The notes under the pieces were generated by a model, which ran no database searches, was not told the DNA's origin, and saw only the letters and a list, made by a program, of their open reading frames with translations. The position numbers were made by a program, and so were the translations under genes. Below are positions 39,324-51,232 of a stretch of DNA of 64,000 nt, piece after piece; the first letter of the stretch is position 1; each line of letters starts with the position of its first letter. The stretch is from Nemertoderma westbladi (lineage: Eukaryota; Animalia; Xenacoelomorpha): assembly GCA_032718475.1 (NCBI GenBank), contig JAUCBJ010007331.1, forward strand, positions 1 to 64,000. The letters are read 5' to 3'.

Positions 39324-39678
39324 ATGCGATAACTGCGGTCGGGATGTGGCTGCCTGCGTTGGTGCCGGTATCGGTTTGGGCATTGCTGTTAGCGTCTTCT
39401 GCGGCCCGTTTGCTTTACTGTGCGCCGGTGGTGCCGCCAAGGCGACTGCTGTGTGCAGTATAGCAGTCTGCAAGGAGCCCTCTAGAAGGCGTCGAGCTAT
39501 CGAACCAATGGGATTCCACGAAGCTATAGAATATCTTCAGCGTCGCGCCGATGATATCGAGAAAGAGAGCGGTCCGAACTGGATAGTGGAGATACTCGCG
39601 AAAGAAAGAGAGCGGTTCAGGGATATAACTTCTGCAGAAATTACGGAATGCTCTTGGCTGAGAAATATTAAGACCTGA
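39324..39678 (+). CDS. Secreted cysteine-rich prepropeptide, exon 2 (6-Cys hydrophobic peptide, RRRR site, C-terminal segment); 139 aa in total
   Basis: Acceptor CTAAATTTTACAG|A matches phase 2 and gives ...VRC-DNCGRDVAACVGAGIGLGIAVSVFCGPFALLCAGGAAKATAVCSIAVCKEPS-RRRR-AIEPMGFHEA... Confidence 0.82.
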
Positions 39679-39901
39679 TCAAACAAATACATCCATCCAT
39701 AAACTGAACAGTGAACAACAAGGGCCTGAGGCTAAAAGACTTCCATTATATTTATATTTAAATTGTTACTGTTTAAAAGCTTTGTTGTATCCAGTCCAGT
39801 GTATACTGTTTTTAAAGTCGACCTCAAATAAGAGTTTAAAAAGTAAATTTGATTAAAGGGTGACAATATATGGCTAATACTACTTCTACTATTACTGTCA
39901 G

Positions 39902-40014
39902 GGATGTAGGACAATTCAGTCCGGACAATTCGGTCCCGGACAATTCGGTCCGGACAATTCGGTCCGTACAATTCGGTCCCGGACATTGTCAGGGGACCGA
40001 ATTGTCCTGCTTCC
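39902..40014. mobile_element. Internally deleted mini MULE/Phantom-like element
   Basis: GGATGTAGGACAATTC ... GAATTGTCCTGCTTCC inverted ends with GGACAATTCGGTCC subrepeats; both flanks carry TGTCAG (partial TSD). Confidence 0.55.
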
Positions 40015-41178
40015 TTTGTCAGTGAGTACCAGTTAAATCACTGGGAGCAAACCTTGGGATAGGAGTAGCGCCCACCCTTATATATCTTCGGGTAGCAGCT
40101 ATCGAGAGGAGCTTAGGCTCACCTCCGGCTTCGGTCGACGACGGTTTGTATTGCTTGCCTGAACCTTCCTCTGTTAGTTCCCCACAATTGAAAATTAACA
40201 TTAATTAGCGTTAATGGCAAGTGTCATGTGGAAGACTAATAATGTCCAACAAAAATATGTGCAGCAACATAATTTCAGCAAATAAACAGAGAATGTGCTA
40301 AGTCCCACATAAGATCTCAGTTTCATGTAATTGTGATTGATATATTTAAAACATATGCCTTTGACACACATAATATATGTGCATTGACATTTCAGATACC
40401 CACCCATAAAATATGTGCTACTGTAAACATGACAAAAATTTATGGTGACAATATGTGTGGAATTTGTGCAAAACATACGCCAGTCTCATCTTATGTTCTG
40501 TACCTGACTATTTTCCTACGCCCTCTCTTTTTTATGCTAGTGGAGGGTTTATTGACTCAAACACTTATTATGCGGATGAAAAAATCTTCAAATTAGTTTC
40601 CATAGATATTAGATAGCTACGTCAATATATTGAGATAGCTCAAGGTCGATATTGAAAATAGCTAAAAGTCAATATTGAAATAGCTACGTCAATATATAGC
40701 TACATGCTACAATGCCGACAACACATCGACGTTACCAGTCAAATACCCTAATTAGCCAATTTCAAATGTTAAAATAATCACTAGCTGGACGAAATTAAAT
40801 ATGAACTGATATATTCAATAACCAACTAAATTCTAAATACTGTGGTATAAGGGACTGGGAGACTGTACTGGCTACAACTTCTAGCTAGTGCGAACTGCTC
40901 CTCTTGGTCAGTGTGCATTGTACCGTCTGTCTATGAGCTTGTATGCTATCCAAACTTGTATGTGACCCCTAGTATCGCTTCCGGCCACTTCTATCTATCT
41001 TTCCTATAATCCCAACGTGTGTTCTTTGTTTCTCGGGGGGTAACCTGTCTGTCTGAGTCTCTATGCTGCAATATCTGCAATCTAGTCTACCACTATCAAT
41101 GTGGAACTTGCCTGGACCTTTCTGATTTTTATTTCGATCAGAGTAAATTCAATAAACATTTTCTGCCGATAATCCAAA

Positions 41179-44100
41179 TACTACTACTACTAGGATCGGC
41201 ATGCTGCATTGCAGCTGCATTTTTAAGAATGCTGTGCCGGCTTATCGACAAAATTGCACCGCCACAAGTCCCTATCACCCATGACATTTGCTAGATCATC
41301 CGCATCTTCAAGGCCAGTGTCCTTTAAGATGCATCTCAAGAAATTCATGGGCTGTCCACCATGCTTATTCACTCCATGAGGCTGCCAAAGTACAAGATTA
41401 TGCACTGGCTGGTCTTCATGGCGAAAGCAATGTCCTGCAAAGCGGAGGCGATTGTGTTCTAGTGTCAAGCTTGGGGGAACCAATGAGACACCTCCAATGT
41501 GATATATTGACTGGTTGGAGATGTGTGCATTGAACTTGACACAATGAACCCGGCGTAGCATTCTTGTGAATGTGCCGTCCAGAGATTTGGTGTCCTCAGC
41601 AGTTAGAGCCCAGCATGGACTCCCATACAGGAGTACTGGAACTACTGCTGCTCTAAATAACCGGACCTTAAGTTTCCGATTAATTCTCGGTGACTTCCAA
41701 ATCCTGGAAAGCCTATTCAAAGCTTCCCATGCCTTTCCCTTACGTATTCGAAGGTCCTCACCTGACTTCCGGATCCATGATCCCAGGTAACAGAAGTCAT
41801 CCACATGCTCAAGCATACCATCTTTTGAGCTTATGCTCATCCGATCAGAGACTTGCTGAGGACTTTCAAAGTTAACTGTCAAAATTTTGGTCTTTCTGGA
41901 GTTAATAAAAAGACCAACACTAGAAGCAGCATGTTCTAGTGATTCTGAGAGTACTCCTAAGTCATCAGCAAAGTCTAGATCAGTTAGGTACTTGGCAGGA
42001 TTTCCTCGACTTCTGGAGCCAGTAGGTGGAGTTATCATCACCCCATCACCATTATGATGATCTAAGGACATGCGTAGAACATAGTCAACAACAATTATGA
42101 ACAAGAATGGTGCAAGTGTGTCTCCCTGGAGGACGCCCCATAACACTTCAAATGGTTCTGTGTCACCGTCAACAGTAGACACAAATGTTGCCGAACCATC
42201 GTATACTGATCTGATTGCTGCAATAATTTAAACATAAACATCTGAACATACGTAAGCGAGAGACTGAATCAAAGGCCTTGAAGAAGTCAACAAAGATAAC
42301 AGCCAGATGCCTGTCTTTCTCTTTTGACAACTCTTCAATTATCCTTCTAAGTGCCAAAATGGGCTCCATGGTCCCACGACCTTTACGGAACCCATTCTGA
42401 TTTCCACGGAGCAGTCTCTCAATGGGATCCCTGATGCGATTTAATATAATTCTATTGTATAGCTATGCAGCAATCGAGATCAATGAGATTCCCCGAAAAG
42501 AACCATAGAGTGTTAGGTTGCCCTTCTTGGGAACTGGCACCAACTTATTTGTTTTCATTTCTTGTGGGACTCTTGTTGTACGGTACATGTCTACTATGAT
42601 GGGATAGATGAGCTTTAAACACTCAGGTATTTTAAAGACCTCAGGGGGAACACCATCTACTCCACTGGCACGATTGGTCTTAATGCTCTTTGCAGCAGCC
42701 TTCACTTCTGCAAAGGAGATATCACCAATGGGAATATCTGGGAGTACAGACTCAGACACTTTTACTTCTATAAAGTTAACAGGCAATACCCTGTCATTAT
42801 TGAGGAGCTTTTCAAAGTGGGCCTTCCAACCATTGAGGCGATCGGCTGGTGATTCAGCCTTAACCTTGGTGGTTGGTTGGCTTTTCCGCCCAGTAAGCAG
42901 ATTGATCGATTTTCATGCCTGGGATGATTGCCTGCTGACGTCAGCATCATTGATGGCATCAACCTGTTGGTTTATTAGCTCCTGTAGATTAACAGAGTAC
43001 TGCCTGTTCAGGGACCTAGATGCAGCCTTAACTGCATTCTTGGCCGCTGTAGTCTGTTTGAGTCGGGACTCTTTCTGCGCCTTGTAGAGGTCATTTCAGC
43101 ACTTCTGAATTTTGTTGTCAGTCCAGGGGGCCCGTTTCCTGGATCGAGGGTATACAGGAACTGTTTCTGCAGCTGCTAACTTAACTGCCTCTGTGAAGGC
43201 AGTATAGCCCTCACAGTGATCTGCCGCCTCAGAGGCAAGAGCCTCATGCCTGTTGCTCAGCTGTAGTGTGAAGCTGGATCTGACACTTGGCTGTTGCAAC
43301 AGAGAGGACCAGTCATGCCGCGGCAAGGCAGATTTCGTTGTTGTTCTGCTAGCACGCAGACTAAGTCTTACCTTGGCCACAATAAGGCGGTGATCACTGG
43401 AGAAGGGTCGTAGTGTAAATGCATTACAGTCTTGTATAGAGCTCCTGTATTTCCTACGAAACAGGATATGGTCTATTTGGGACTTGTGACCACTGGATCC
43501 ACTATGAGTCCATAGCTTTCCAGTTCGCTTCTTGAACTGGGTTCCAGCCGAAAACAATCCATTTCCAGAGATAAAATCCTGAAGATGGACGGAATTTCGG
43601 TTAACACTATTGCTATAGACCCAGGGCGATGTAGGTGATTGATGCAGACTTGCATTAAAGTCTCCCAGGAATGTTAAGAATGCATGCTGATCCACTCCAT
43701 CAGTAGCTGCTTGTAGATTCTGGTAGAAATTTTCCACCTCCTCTACAGGGGCAACACTAGTTGGAGAGTAGCACACAATCAGAACCACCTTAGGAAACTT
43801 CTTAGCCAGTCTTCCAGAACATGAGAAGTGGCAACGGATGATGCGGTTAGAGATTTGGTCTATTTTGTCCAATGCTGCATGTGCAGTTGGATTCATCAAT
43901 TGACCAATTCCACCATTGCCACTATCATCTGCTGAAGCGAGGGCGAGTCGCCAACCGCCCCCCATGTCCTTAATCAGAACCTCATCAGTCTGTCCAGTCT
44001 GCATTCGGTGCTCTTGAACACCCACTGCACTAAGAGAAAGCTTATCTGCCAAGGCAGTCAGCTCACCTTGTCGCATTGGGGATCCCAGTGTTAGGGTGTT

Positions 44101-44858
44101 TACTGAGGCTAGTCTAGTGACTTGCCTCATATTCACCAATGGCTTTGTTGGTCGGGGTGGAACACGAGAGTAGCCTCCAACTCCAGAATCCCTCTCCCCC
44201 TCACAATCTGGCCTCCCTGGTGACCCAGGGTTTGGGCCAGAAAGGTCATCAGGAAAGGGACTCAAAGAATTTTAGCTGCTCTCTCTCCAGTAGGGGGTGA
44301 GACAGGCAGCCGGTCAGGAAATAACTGACGCCTGTGAGGCCGATTGTGTCCGGTAATTCCACTGGCCTCTAGTGGCCGGACCTCCGCATTACTAATGTTA
44401 TCCATATTGGGGGTTGGGGGGTGCTTTTTTGCCGAGTCAGCTCTCGGGGCAAATGCTACACCCTGGTTTGCCATTCCACAGGGTGGGTGTCGCAGTGGAG
44501 TCAAATATGAGGCCCATCACCCATATCTACTCTGGCGCACATGACCCACCATTGGCTGTGCAGCTCATCTGCTGGGTCATGCCCTGTACCCCTTCTGTCA
44601 GGTGCAGGTCGCAGTGAAGTGCACTCAGAGTGGAAATGAGAACACTCTACTCCTGACCAGCCATTGATAGATCACCATCTGCCTGGCCAGGCCATATACC
44701 CCTGCAGCCAAGTATATGGGTCTTTAATCTAGGACCAAGGGCTTCCTTATCACAGAACGAAGGGGGTCCTAGTTACAGGACCAGATTTGCCCGAGTAAGA
44801 GGGTCTATGAAGCTACAGGTAGCACCTCCTTTATGCTGCATGGAGGTGGCAAGTTTCC
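41179..44858 (-). mobile_element. Near full-length RTE-clade LINE (family A), disrupted APE endonuclease + RT ORF
   Basis: EN motifs GVQEHR, CYSPT, LGDFNA, QIDHIL, SDHRL (43096-44265). RT motifs FVDFFKAFDSV, GVLQGDTLAP, FADD, YLGS. (GTA)n tail. Stops and frameshifts split the ORF. The 5' boundary is approximate. Confidence 0.93.
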
Positions 44859-45285
44859 TTGATCAATTACCTTCCCTACTCATTCTCATCAACTTATATA
44901 CAGTATAATATGAACTACTGTATTATGTTGAAGAATGTGTGCAGAGGCGTGCGGTACATTAGTTTATTATCCATTGTAATTAGTTCTACATTGATTGTTT
45001 TTAGAGCCCCTGTACAATTCCATAATTTGTTAGGCGCACTGTACCTCGGGGGGTACAACAATAAAACACATATAACGCAGTAGGTCACCATTTGTATACA
45101 GTAGGGCCTACACTATTATTCTGTATATCTCTCTCCATGTACAATCATGTACTGTAGGCTTTAGTAGCGAATTATTTTAATGAATAACATTATATCGTAT
45201 GTATGCCTAATATACTTTATACTAATTATACTTGTATACTTTACTCCAAATTATTAACTACTATAGCACAACAACTACAATAATT

Positions 45286-45413
45286 GTACAGTTGGTATTT
45301 TTAACTAGAAAACCAAGCTGACTATAAAAAGACCGTCCGACTTTATTGCGTACAGTTGGTATTTTTAACTAGAAAACCAAGCTGACTATAAAAAGACCGT
45401 CCGACTTTATTGC
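45286..45413. repeat. 64-bp direct tandem duplication
   Basis: GTACAGTTGGTATTTTT...CCGACTTTATTGC occurs twice back to back. Confidence 0.9.
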
Positions 45414-46110
45414 ATGTCATGCTGTAGGTATCTCATCTTTTGTTAGTCGGATATGATTTTGTTGTAAACTTCCGTCATAAAAGTTGTTTAAATTGGTTTA
45501 ACTGTTGCTCTGAATGCTCTCAAGTAAATTCGAATGGTTTTAAGTTCTGAAAATTAGAATCTAGTTTTTAACGCTAATGCCAACATTGCCATAAGTGGTA
45601 GATACTGTTTCCATTGCTGACTCAGTACTAGATGCTGCAGGTAAATTTGTCGGTCTCGCAGTCTTCCTAAGTTTCCAATGGGCGGCTGATTTTCCTGCTG
45701 CTGATTCTACCCTGTTGTGTTTGCTCTCTCTGGATCCATTTCTCTATTCGCCGATTAAAGGATACCTTATGCTACAGCTACCTGCTCCTGTGATATTATG
45801 TTCGATTTGTGGTTATCTTGGAATTGGTGCCCTATTCCTTTCCATTTCTACTTGTCATCGTTCGTTCCTATGCCTATTAATTGTCAATCTATTATTTCTG
45901 CGGTAGGTCCCCATCGTATGGTTTTATTTAATGTTCCTACATTGGTTTATATTGACTTGGCTCGTTGTAATTTAGATTCTTTAATAATGCCTCTCCGCTT
46001 GTGGTGATTCCTAATAATTGGGATGAATGATATATTTATTTACTGTAGCCTTAGTGTCTCTATGGATAATTAAATCAGTTTGTTATTCCAGTCATACTAA
46101 GGGCTTCCAA

Positions 46111-47206
46111 CTGCGTGCTAGCAGAACAACGAAATCTGCCTTGCCGCGGCATGACTGGTCCTTTCTGTTGCAACAGCCTCGTGTGAGATCCAGCTTCATA
46201 CCACAGCTGAGCAACAGGTATGAGGTTCTTGCCTCTGAGGCAGCAGATCACTGCGAGGGCTATACTGCCTTCACAGAAACAGAGACAGTTCCTGTATACC
46301 CTCGAAACAGGAAAAAGGCCCCCTGGACTGACCACAAAATTCAGATGTGCCGAAACAACCTCTATAAGGAGCAGAAGAGTCCCGACTCAAACAGACTACA
46401 GCGGCCAAGAATGCAATTAAGGCTGCATCTAGGTGCCTGAACAGGCAGTACTTTACTCTGTTAATGTACAGGAGCTTATAAAGCAACATGTTGATGCCAT
46501 TAATGATGCTGACGACAGCAGGCAATCATCCCAGGCATGGAAATCGATCAACTTGCTTAATGGGCGGAAAAGCCCTGTTACCTGGGATCATGGATCCGGA
46601 AGTCAGGTGAGGACCTTCGAATACGTAAGGGAAAGGCATGGGCAGCCTTGAATAGACTTTACAGGATTTGGAAGTCACATAGAATTAATCGGAAACTTAA
46701 GGTCCGATTATTTAGAGCAGCAGTAGTTCCAGTACTCCTCTATGGGAGTCCATGCTGGGCTCTAACTGCTGAGGACACTAAATCTCTGGATGGCACATTC
46801 AGAAGAATGCTACGCCGGGTTCATTGTGTCAAGTACAATGCACACATCTCCAACCAGACACTATATAACATTGGAGGTGTCTCATTGGTTCCCCCAAGCT
46901 TGACACTAGAACAAAATCGCCTCCGTTTTGCAGGACATTGCTTTCGCCGTGAGGACCAGCCAGTGCATAATCTTGTACTTTGGCAGCCTCATGGAGCGAA
47001 TAAGCATGGTGGACAGCCCATTACTTTCTTGAGACGCATCTTAAAGGAAACAGGCCTTGAAGATGCGGGTGATCTAGCAAATGTCATGGGTGATAGGGAA
47101 TTGTGGCGGCGCAATTTAGTCGACAAGCCGGCACAGCATTCTTAAAATTGCAGTTGCACTGCAGCATGCCGATCCTAGTAGTATTAGTACTGTAGCAGTA
47201 GTAGTA
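46111..47206 (+). mobile_element. RTE family A copy, 5'-truncated and lacking the RT core
   Basis: 46111-46574 matches 43360-42879 reversed. 46575 onward matches 41793-41180 reversed. TAG-rich tail. Confidence 0.92.
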
Positions 47207-47349
47207 TCTCTATAGTAGGTCATGCTTATACATTCCATTTTCATAGCTTTATATTTGTTTTGTAATCATTAGAAGAAGCCGTAAACAAGAACAGAACAAA
47301 GTGAAGGACTGAATTACTGATGTCCTGTACTTAGTCCTGATTCACAACA

Positions 47350-48030
47350 ATGCTCATTATTGTTATTCTCTATGTTAAATTCAACTTAGCAGCTACCCAA
47401 ATCGTCAACAACGTCACATCCCAGAACTTAACATGCAAAGAAGGTCGAGATTGGAAAATATCCTCGCCAAATGAAGAGTTGCAAAATCTATACCGAAGCA
47501 GAATAGATAGGTTTACGGCAAGCAATAGAGTTGAAAAGTTCGAGAGGGTGAGCGCCGAAGTTTGTGCAGTTTGTGGTGTTTTATCTGCAGTATTCACTGC
47601 CTATGATAACGAATACAAGGATCATGTAACATTTGAATTGGAAGAAAGTGGCTGCTACCCAGAAGACCGCCGTGGTTATTGTCTCCCAATGAGCGAAGAA
47701 GGATGTCTTTATATGTGGACGGTTGTCCTCCCCAATTCTGATCCAGATGATGACGAATACGCTAAAGATTTTACTACCAACATCTTTGGTTTCTTGTCCT
47801 ATTACAAATACCTTCAGCTTACCCTCACAGTAACACACGAGACGTGTCAGGGACAGTGTTGTGACACCGGTTTTTGTCCAGCTCCCGTATGGAAACACGA
47901 CATCACTACAACCGGTCCCACAACCGAACACATACCAGTCACCATGGAAAATGGTTCAGCTAATATCAAACAAGTGGTAATGTGGCTGTTGGCTGGCATC
48001 ATTTCTGCTCTAACCCTCACAGTGTTCTAG
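47350..48030 (+). CDS. Single-exon secreted, probably GPI-anchored, divergent Ly6/uPAR (three-finger)-like protein, 226 aa
   Basis: Hydrophobic N-terminus. Ten Cys from LTC...CAVC to CCDTGFCP (CCxxxxC motif). Thr-rich linker, NGS omega-like site and hydrophobic C-terminus with no cytoplasmic tail. Confidence 0.72.
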   Translation: MLIIVILYVKFNLAATQIVNNVTSQNLTCKEGRDWKISSPNEELQNLYRSRIDRFTASNRVEKFERVSAEVCAVCGVLSAVFTAYDNEYKDHVTFELEESGCYPEDRRGYCLPMSEEGCLYMWTVVLPNSDPDDDEYAKDFTTNIFGFLSYYKYLQLTLTVTHETCQGQCCDTGFCPAPVWKHDITTTGPTTEHIPVTMENGSANIKQVVMWLLAGIISALTLTVF

Positions 48031-48404
48031 TATTTAGACGGTCATTAAAACAATATAACTGTATAATATTTATGGTGGCTGGATACTATTATTCACTATT
48101 TCGAAAGTTTATTTTTTGTGTTGAAATAGATTTAAAAACTGAAGTTAGGTCTAACCAGGTTAATTCCGACCATGGATGCAACGATAATTCTGTCGGGATC
48201 GGAATCTTACTGTCTTGGCCGCGCAGCCCCAAACCATCCCCTCCACGGAGGCACAGCGAACTGGACCGGGGGGGGGGGGGGGCGAATTGCAGTCGCCGAC
48301 GACTCTCGGCACCAGACCTTGTACCAACCAAGGGGGGGGGGGGGTAGGGGTAAATACCATCCCACACTACATAACAACCAATTTAACGGTAGGTGCTAAA
48401 ATGC

Positions 48405-48692
48405 ACAACGAACAACAATGACCAACAACGAGCAACAATGAGCAACAACGAGCAACAACGAGCAACAACGAGCAACAACGAGCAACAATGAGCAACAATG
48501 AGCAACAATGAGCAACAATGAGCAACAACGAGCAACAATGAGCAACAATGAGCAACAACGAGCAACAATGAGCAACAACGAGCAGTAATAAAGTACAACA
48601 ACGAGTAACAATGAGCAACAATGACCAACAACAGGCAACAATGAGCAACAACGAGCAACAACAAGCAACAATGAGCAACAAAGAGCAACAAT
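48405..48692. repeat. 10-bp minisatellite (GAGCAACAAY)n
   Basis: Direct reading. Confidence 0.95.
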
Positions 48693-49228
48693 GTCAATGA
48701 CAAACGTTTAGTGTTGGTGTAGACTAGTACACTGCGAAACGTTTGTGTTAGACTGTAAAAATGTAATTCCGTAACGATGAAATTCATGTCTGGTATATTG
48801 CTGCATTATCAACAAACTGGAAACCAAATATAATAATATTTCAAATTTTCCACTCTTTTTGCCTTTTTAGTTTATATTGACAGCGTTAGTAGGGGAGGGC
48901 TTGAAATTTGTATTATTTCGATATTTTATTTAAATAATGTTAATCGGTAAATAAATTATGGAAGCCCACAACTGTTAATGACTAAACATTAATAAAACTT
49001 GGAATGGCAAAATGCACTCATGGCAAAATGCCACAATGCCAATTGTATTTATTGAATTTTGTATAAGTTTAATTAATGATTTGCCCTTGACAGATGTGGG
49101 ATTCCTCCGTAATAAATAGTCTTTGTGATTGTCTTACTATATGGTTCGAGATATTGATGACTAAGTGAGTAGTAACAGTCCCGTAACTTAGAATGTTCAG
49201 TTTCTTTCCATCTTCATTATGGTGCCAT

Positions 49229-50566
49229 TCATATTACTTTCAAGGCGCGCAATCTATTGTCAATGTCTAAGCCAATATCATGATTGTTTTTCGTATTTGC
49301 GTAGTTCATATAAGATTGGTTAGCCGTATCATCACCATTACTATATGGCAGTGTTAGCGGTGTGTTCCCATTCATTTTCTTCTCTGTTGTTTTCAGTCGG
49401 CGAAATACGTATATTAGTGCCAGTACCATGAGGATCACCACTAGCCCTACCCCGATGACAATAGCTGGAATCGTGATGCTTGCCATGTCGTACTGTGCAT
49501 CATCCCCTATTAACCTTGTTTGAGTTGGCCTTGTCGATTGAAGGATTTTTTCAGAGCTGTCTGTTGCTTGGATTGTTGTAGGTGGAGTTGACGTTGTTGA
49601 TAACGATGCCTCAAACGTTGTAGATGTGGAGAGCTCGATAGTTGTTGTAATTTCTGATGTTGTTGTGGTGGTTATGGGTTTTGGGACTTTTAGTAACGCC
49701 AGTTGTTTCGGTGGGGATGCTAATGTAATTTTGGGAGTTACTACCCTGTTCTCCACAAGTGAAACAAATCCCAATGAAATATCATCATCATATGTAACTG
49801 TTGTCGTTATGTAAATGTCACTGTTGTCATCAACAGCAATTGCATAGGGTAGGCCTGGTAATGTATTGGATACTATTATCTCACCATTCCCGCCATTAAA
49901 ATAGAATCGTTCAATTCTTTTCGTTCTGGAATGACTCTCCAATAAATATAACAAATTTGTTGTTACATCCAATGCTAAGCCATTAGGCCATCTGATACCA
50001 CGTCCGCCTATAAGTTTAACTGGATCTGTTCCTCCATCCATACTCCCTTTCATTACAGCCGGACTTGCTCCGTAATCAGTCCAATACACAAATCCTTGAC
50101 CTTCTCTCGCATCAACAACTATAGCCCTGGGTTTATCTACTCCGTCACTGTTGGTGTACAAATCCTCGATATTATTTCCCCCAAAATCACTCCGTCTTAT
50201 CTTCTGTTTACCTTTATCAGTCCAGTAGATGAATCTTCCTTCAGCAACAGTTATCCCATCGATTTTACCTGAGGTTCCATCTCCTCCTATAATCCTTATC
50301 GGATCCACCCCAATGTAATAGTTCCCTTTATATATACCGAAGGTAGTTTCATCCATGTTGTCACTAACAAACATGTCTCCACTCTCTTGGTCTACAGCCA
50401 GCCCATAGGGATTATTGAATTCATACAGAGTCTGTAATTCGTATGTCCCAAGGTTGTAACTGGTAACATTAGTCCCTGTGATGTAAACAATAACGGTGTC
50501 CATTTCATTAGTCTTACACCTCCCAAACAACAACCAGACAATAAAAATGATATGAATGTAGATCAT
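49229..50566 (-). CDS. Intronless type I membrane protein B: signal peptide, YWTD propeller, ~60-aa Ser/Thr stalk, TM, short tail (445 aa)
   Basis: Paralog of 32118-35762. TM ITIPAIVIGVGLVVILMVLALIYVF followed by RR; tail contains NQSYMNY. Confidence 0.93.
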   Translation of the reverse strand: MIYIHIIFIVWLLFGRCKTNEMDTVIVYITGTNVTSYNLGTYELQTLYEFNNPYGLAVDQESGDMFVSDNMDETTFGIYKGNYYIGVDPIRIIGGDGTSGKIDGITVAEGRFIYWTDKGKQKIRRSDFGGNNIEDLYTNSDGVDKPRAIVVDAREGQGFVYWTDYGASPAVMKGSMDGGTDPVKLIGGRGIRWPNGLALDVTTNLLYLLESHSRTKRIERFYFNGGNGEIIVSNTLPGLPYAIAVDDNSDIYITTTVTYDDDISLGFVSLVENRVVTPKITLASPPKQLALLKVPKPITTTTTSEITTTIELSTSTTFEASLSTTSTPPTTIQATDSSEKILQSTRPTQTRLIGDDAQYDMASITIPAIVIGVGLVVILMVLALIYVFRRLKTTEKKMNGNTPLTLPYSNGDDTANQSYMNYANTKNNHDIGLDIDNRLRALKVI

Positions 50567-50717
50567 TTTGTATATTAAAGCAATTGTTCGTTTTTCTCAA
50601 ATACGACCGAATAATTTTCCTACAAATATTAGACCTCAAAACATTTAATTGAACTTTATGTAATGCGGCTTGAGAACCTCGCAGTATATAGTCATATCCA
50701 ATGTTATTAATTTATAA

Positions 50718-50866
50718 TACCACACTAATACCAACCTCTACCACACTATTATCAACCTCTACCACACTATTACCAACCTCTACCACACTATTGCCAACCT
50801 CTACCACACTAGTATTAACCTCAACCACACTATTACCACTCTAGAACACACAATTACCAACTACTT
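50718..50866 (+). repeat. 21-bp tandem repeat resembling the mucin-coding unit of gene A
   Basis: Unit CTATTACCAACCTCTACCACA, about 7 copies. Confidence 0.85.
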
Positions 50867-51180
50867 ACACAATGCACACAATCCTACGAAGTCATTACTA
50901 AGTTAGATAGTAGCAGTAATATTTGACAGCAGTTAATTTCTTAATTTGCAAATTGTTATAACAATACAGTATATTCCATGTTTCATCTACACATTTCCTG
51001 TTTTATTACTCATGAATGGGAAACAGAGTGTAAGAGTTCACTGAGGAAGATCAGCCATGGTGGTGAAAAGACATTCCCAAATATATTGAGCCTAAAAGAT
51101 TAACTCATTCATTACTCAAAAATTGGTTCAATGCAGCATGCCGATTGTTCGTTGTGTGTTGGAAGATAAATTATGTTTTT

Positions 51181-51232
51181 AAGTCGGCACAACAATCTCA
51201 ATGCAGCTGCAATGTAGCATGTCGATTATAGA
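51181..51232 (+). mobile_element. Degenerate RTE family A extreme 3' end
   Basis: AAGTCGGCACAACAATC...AATGCAGCTGCAATGTAGCATGTCGAT resembles 47125-47175. Confidence 0.5.
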
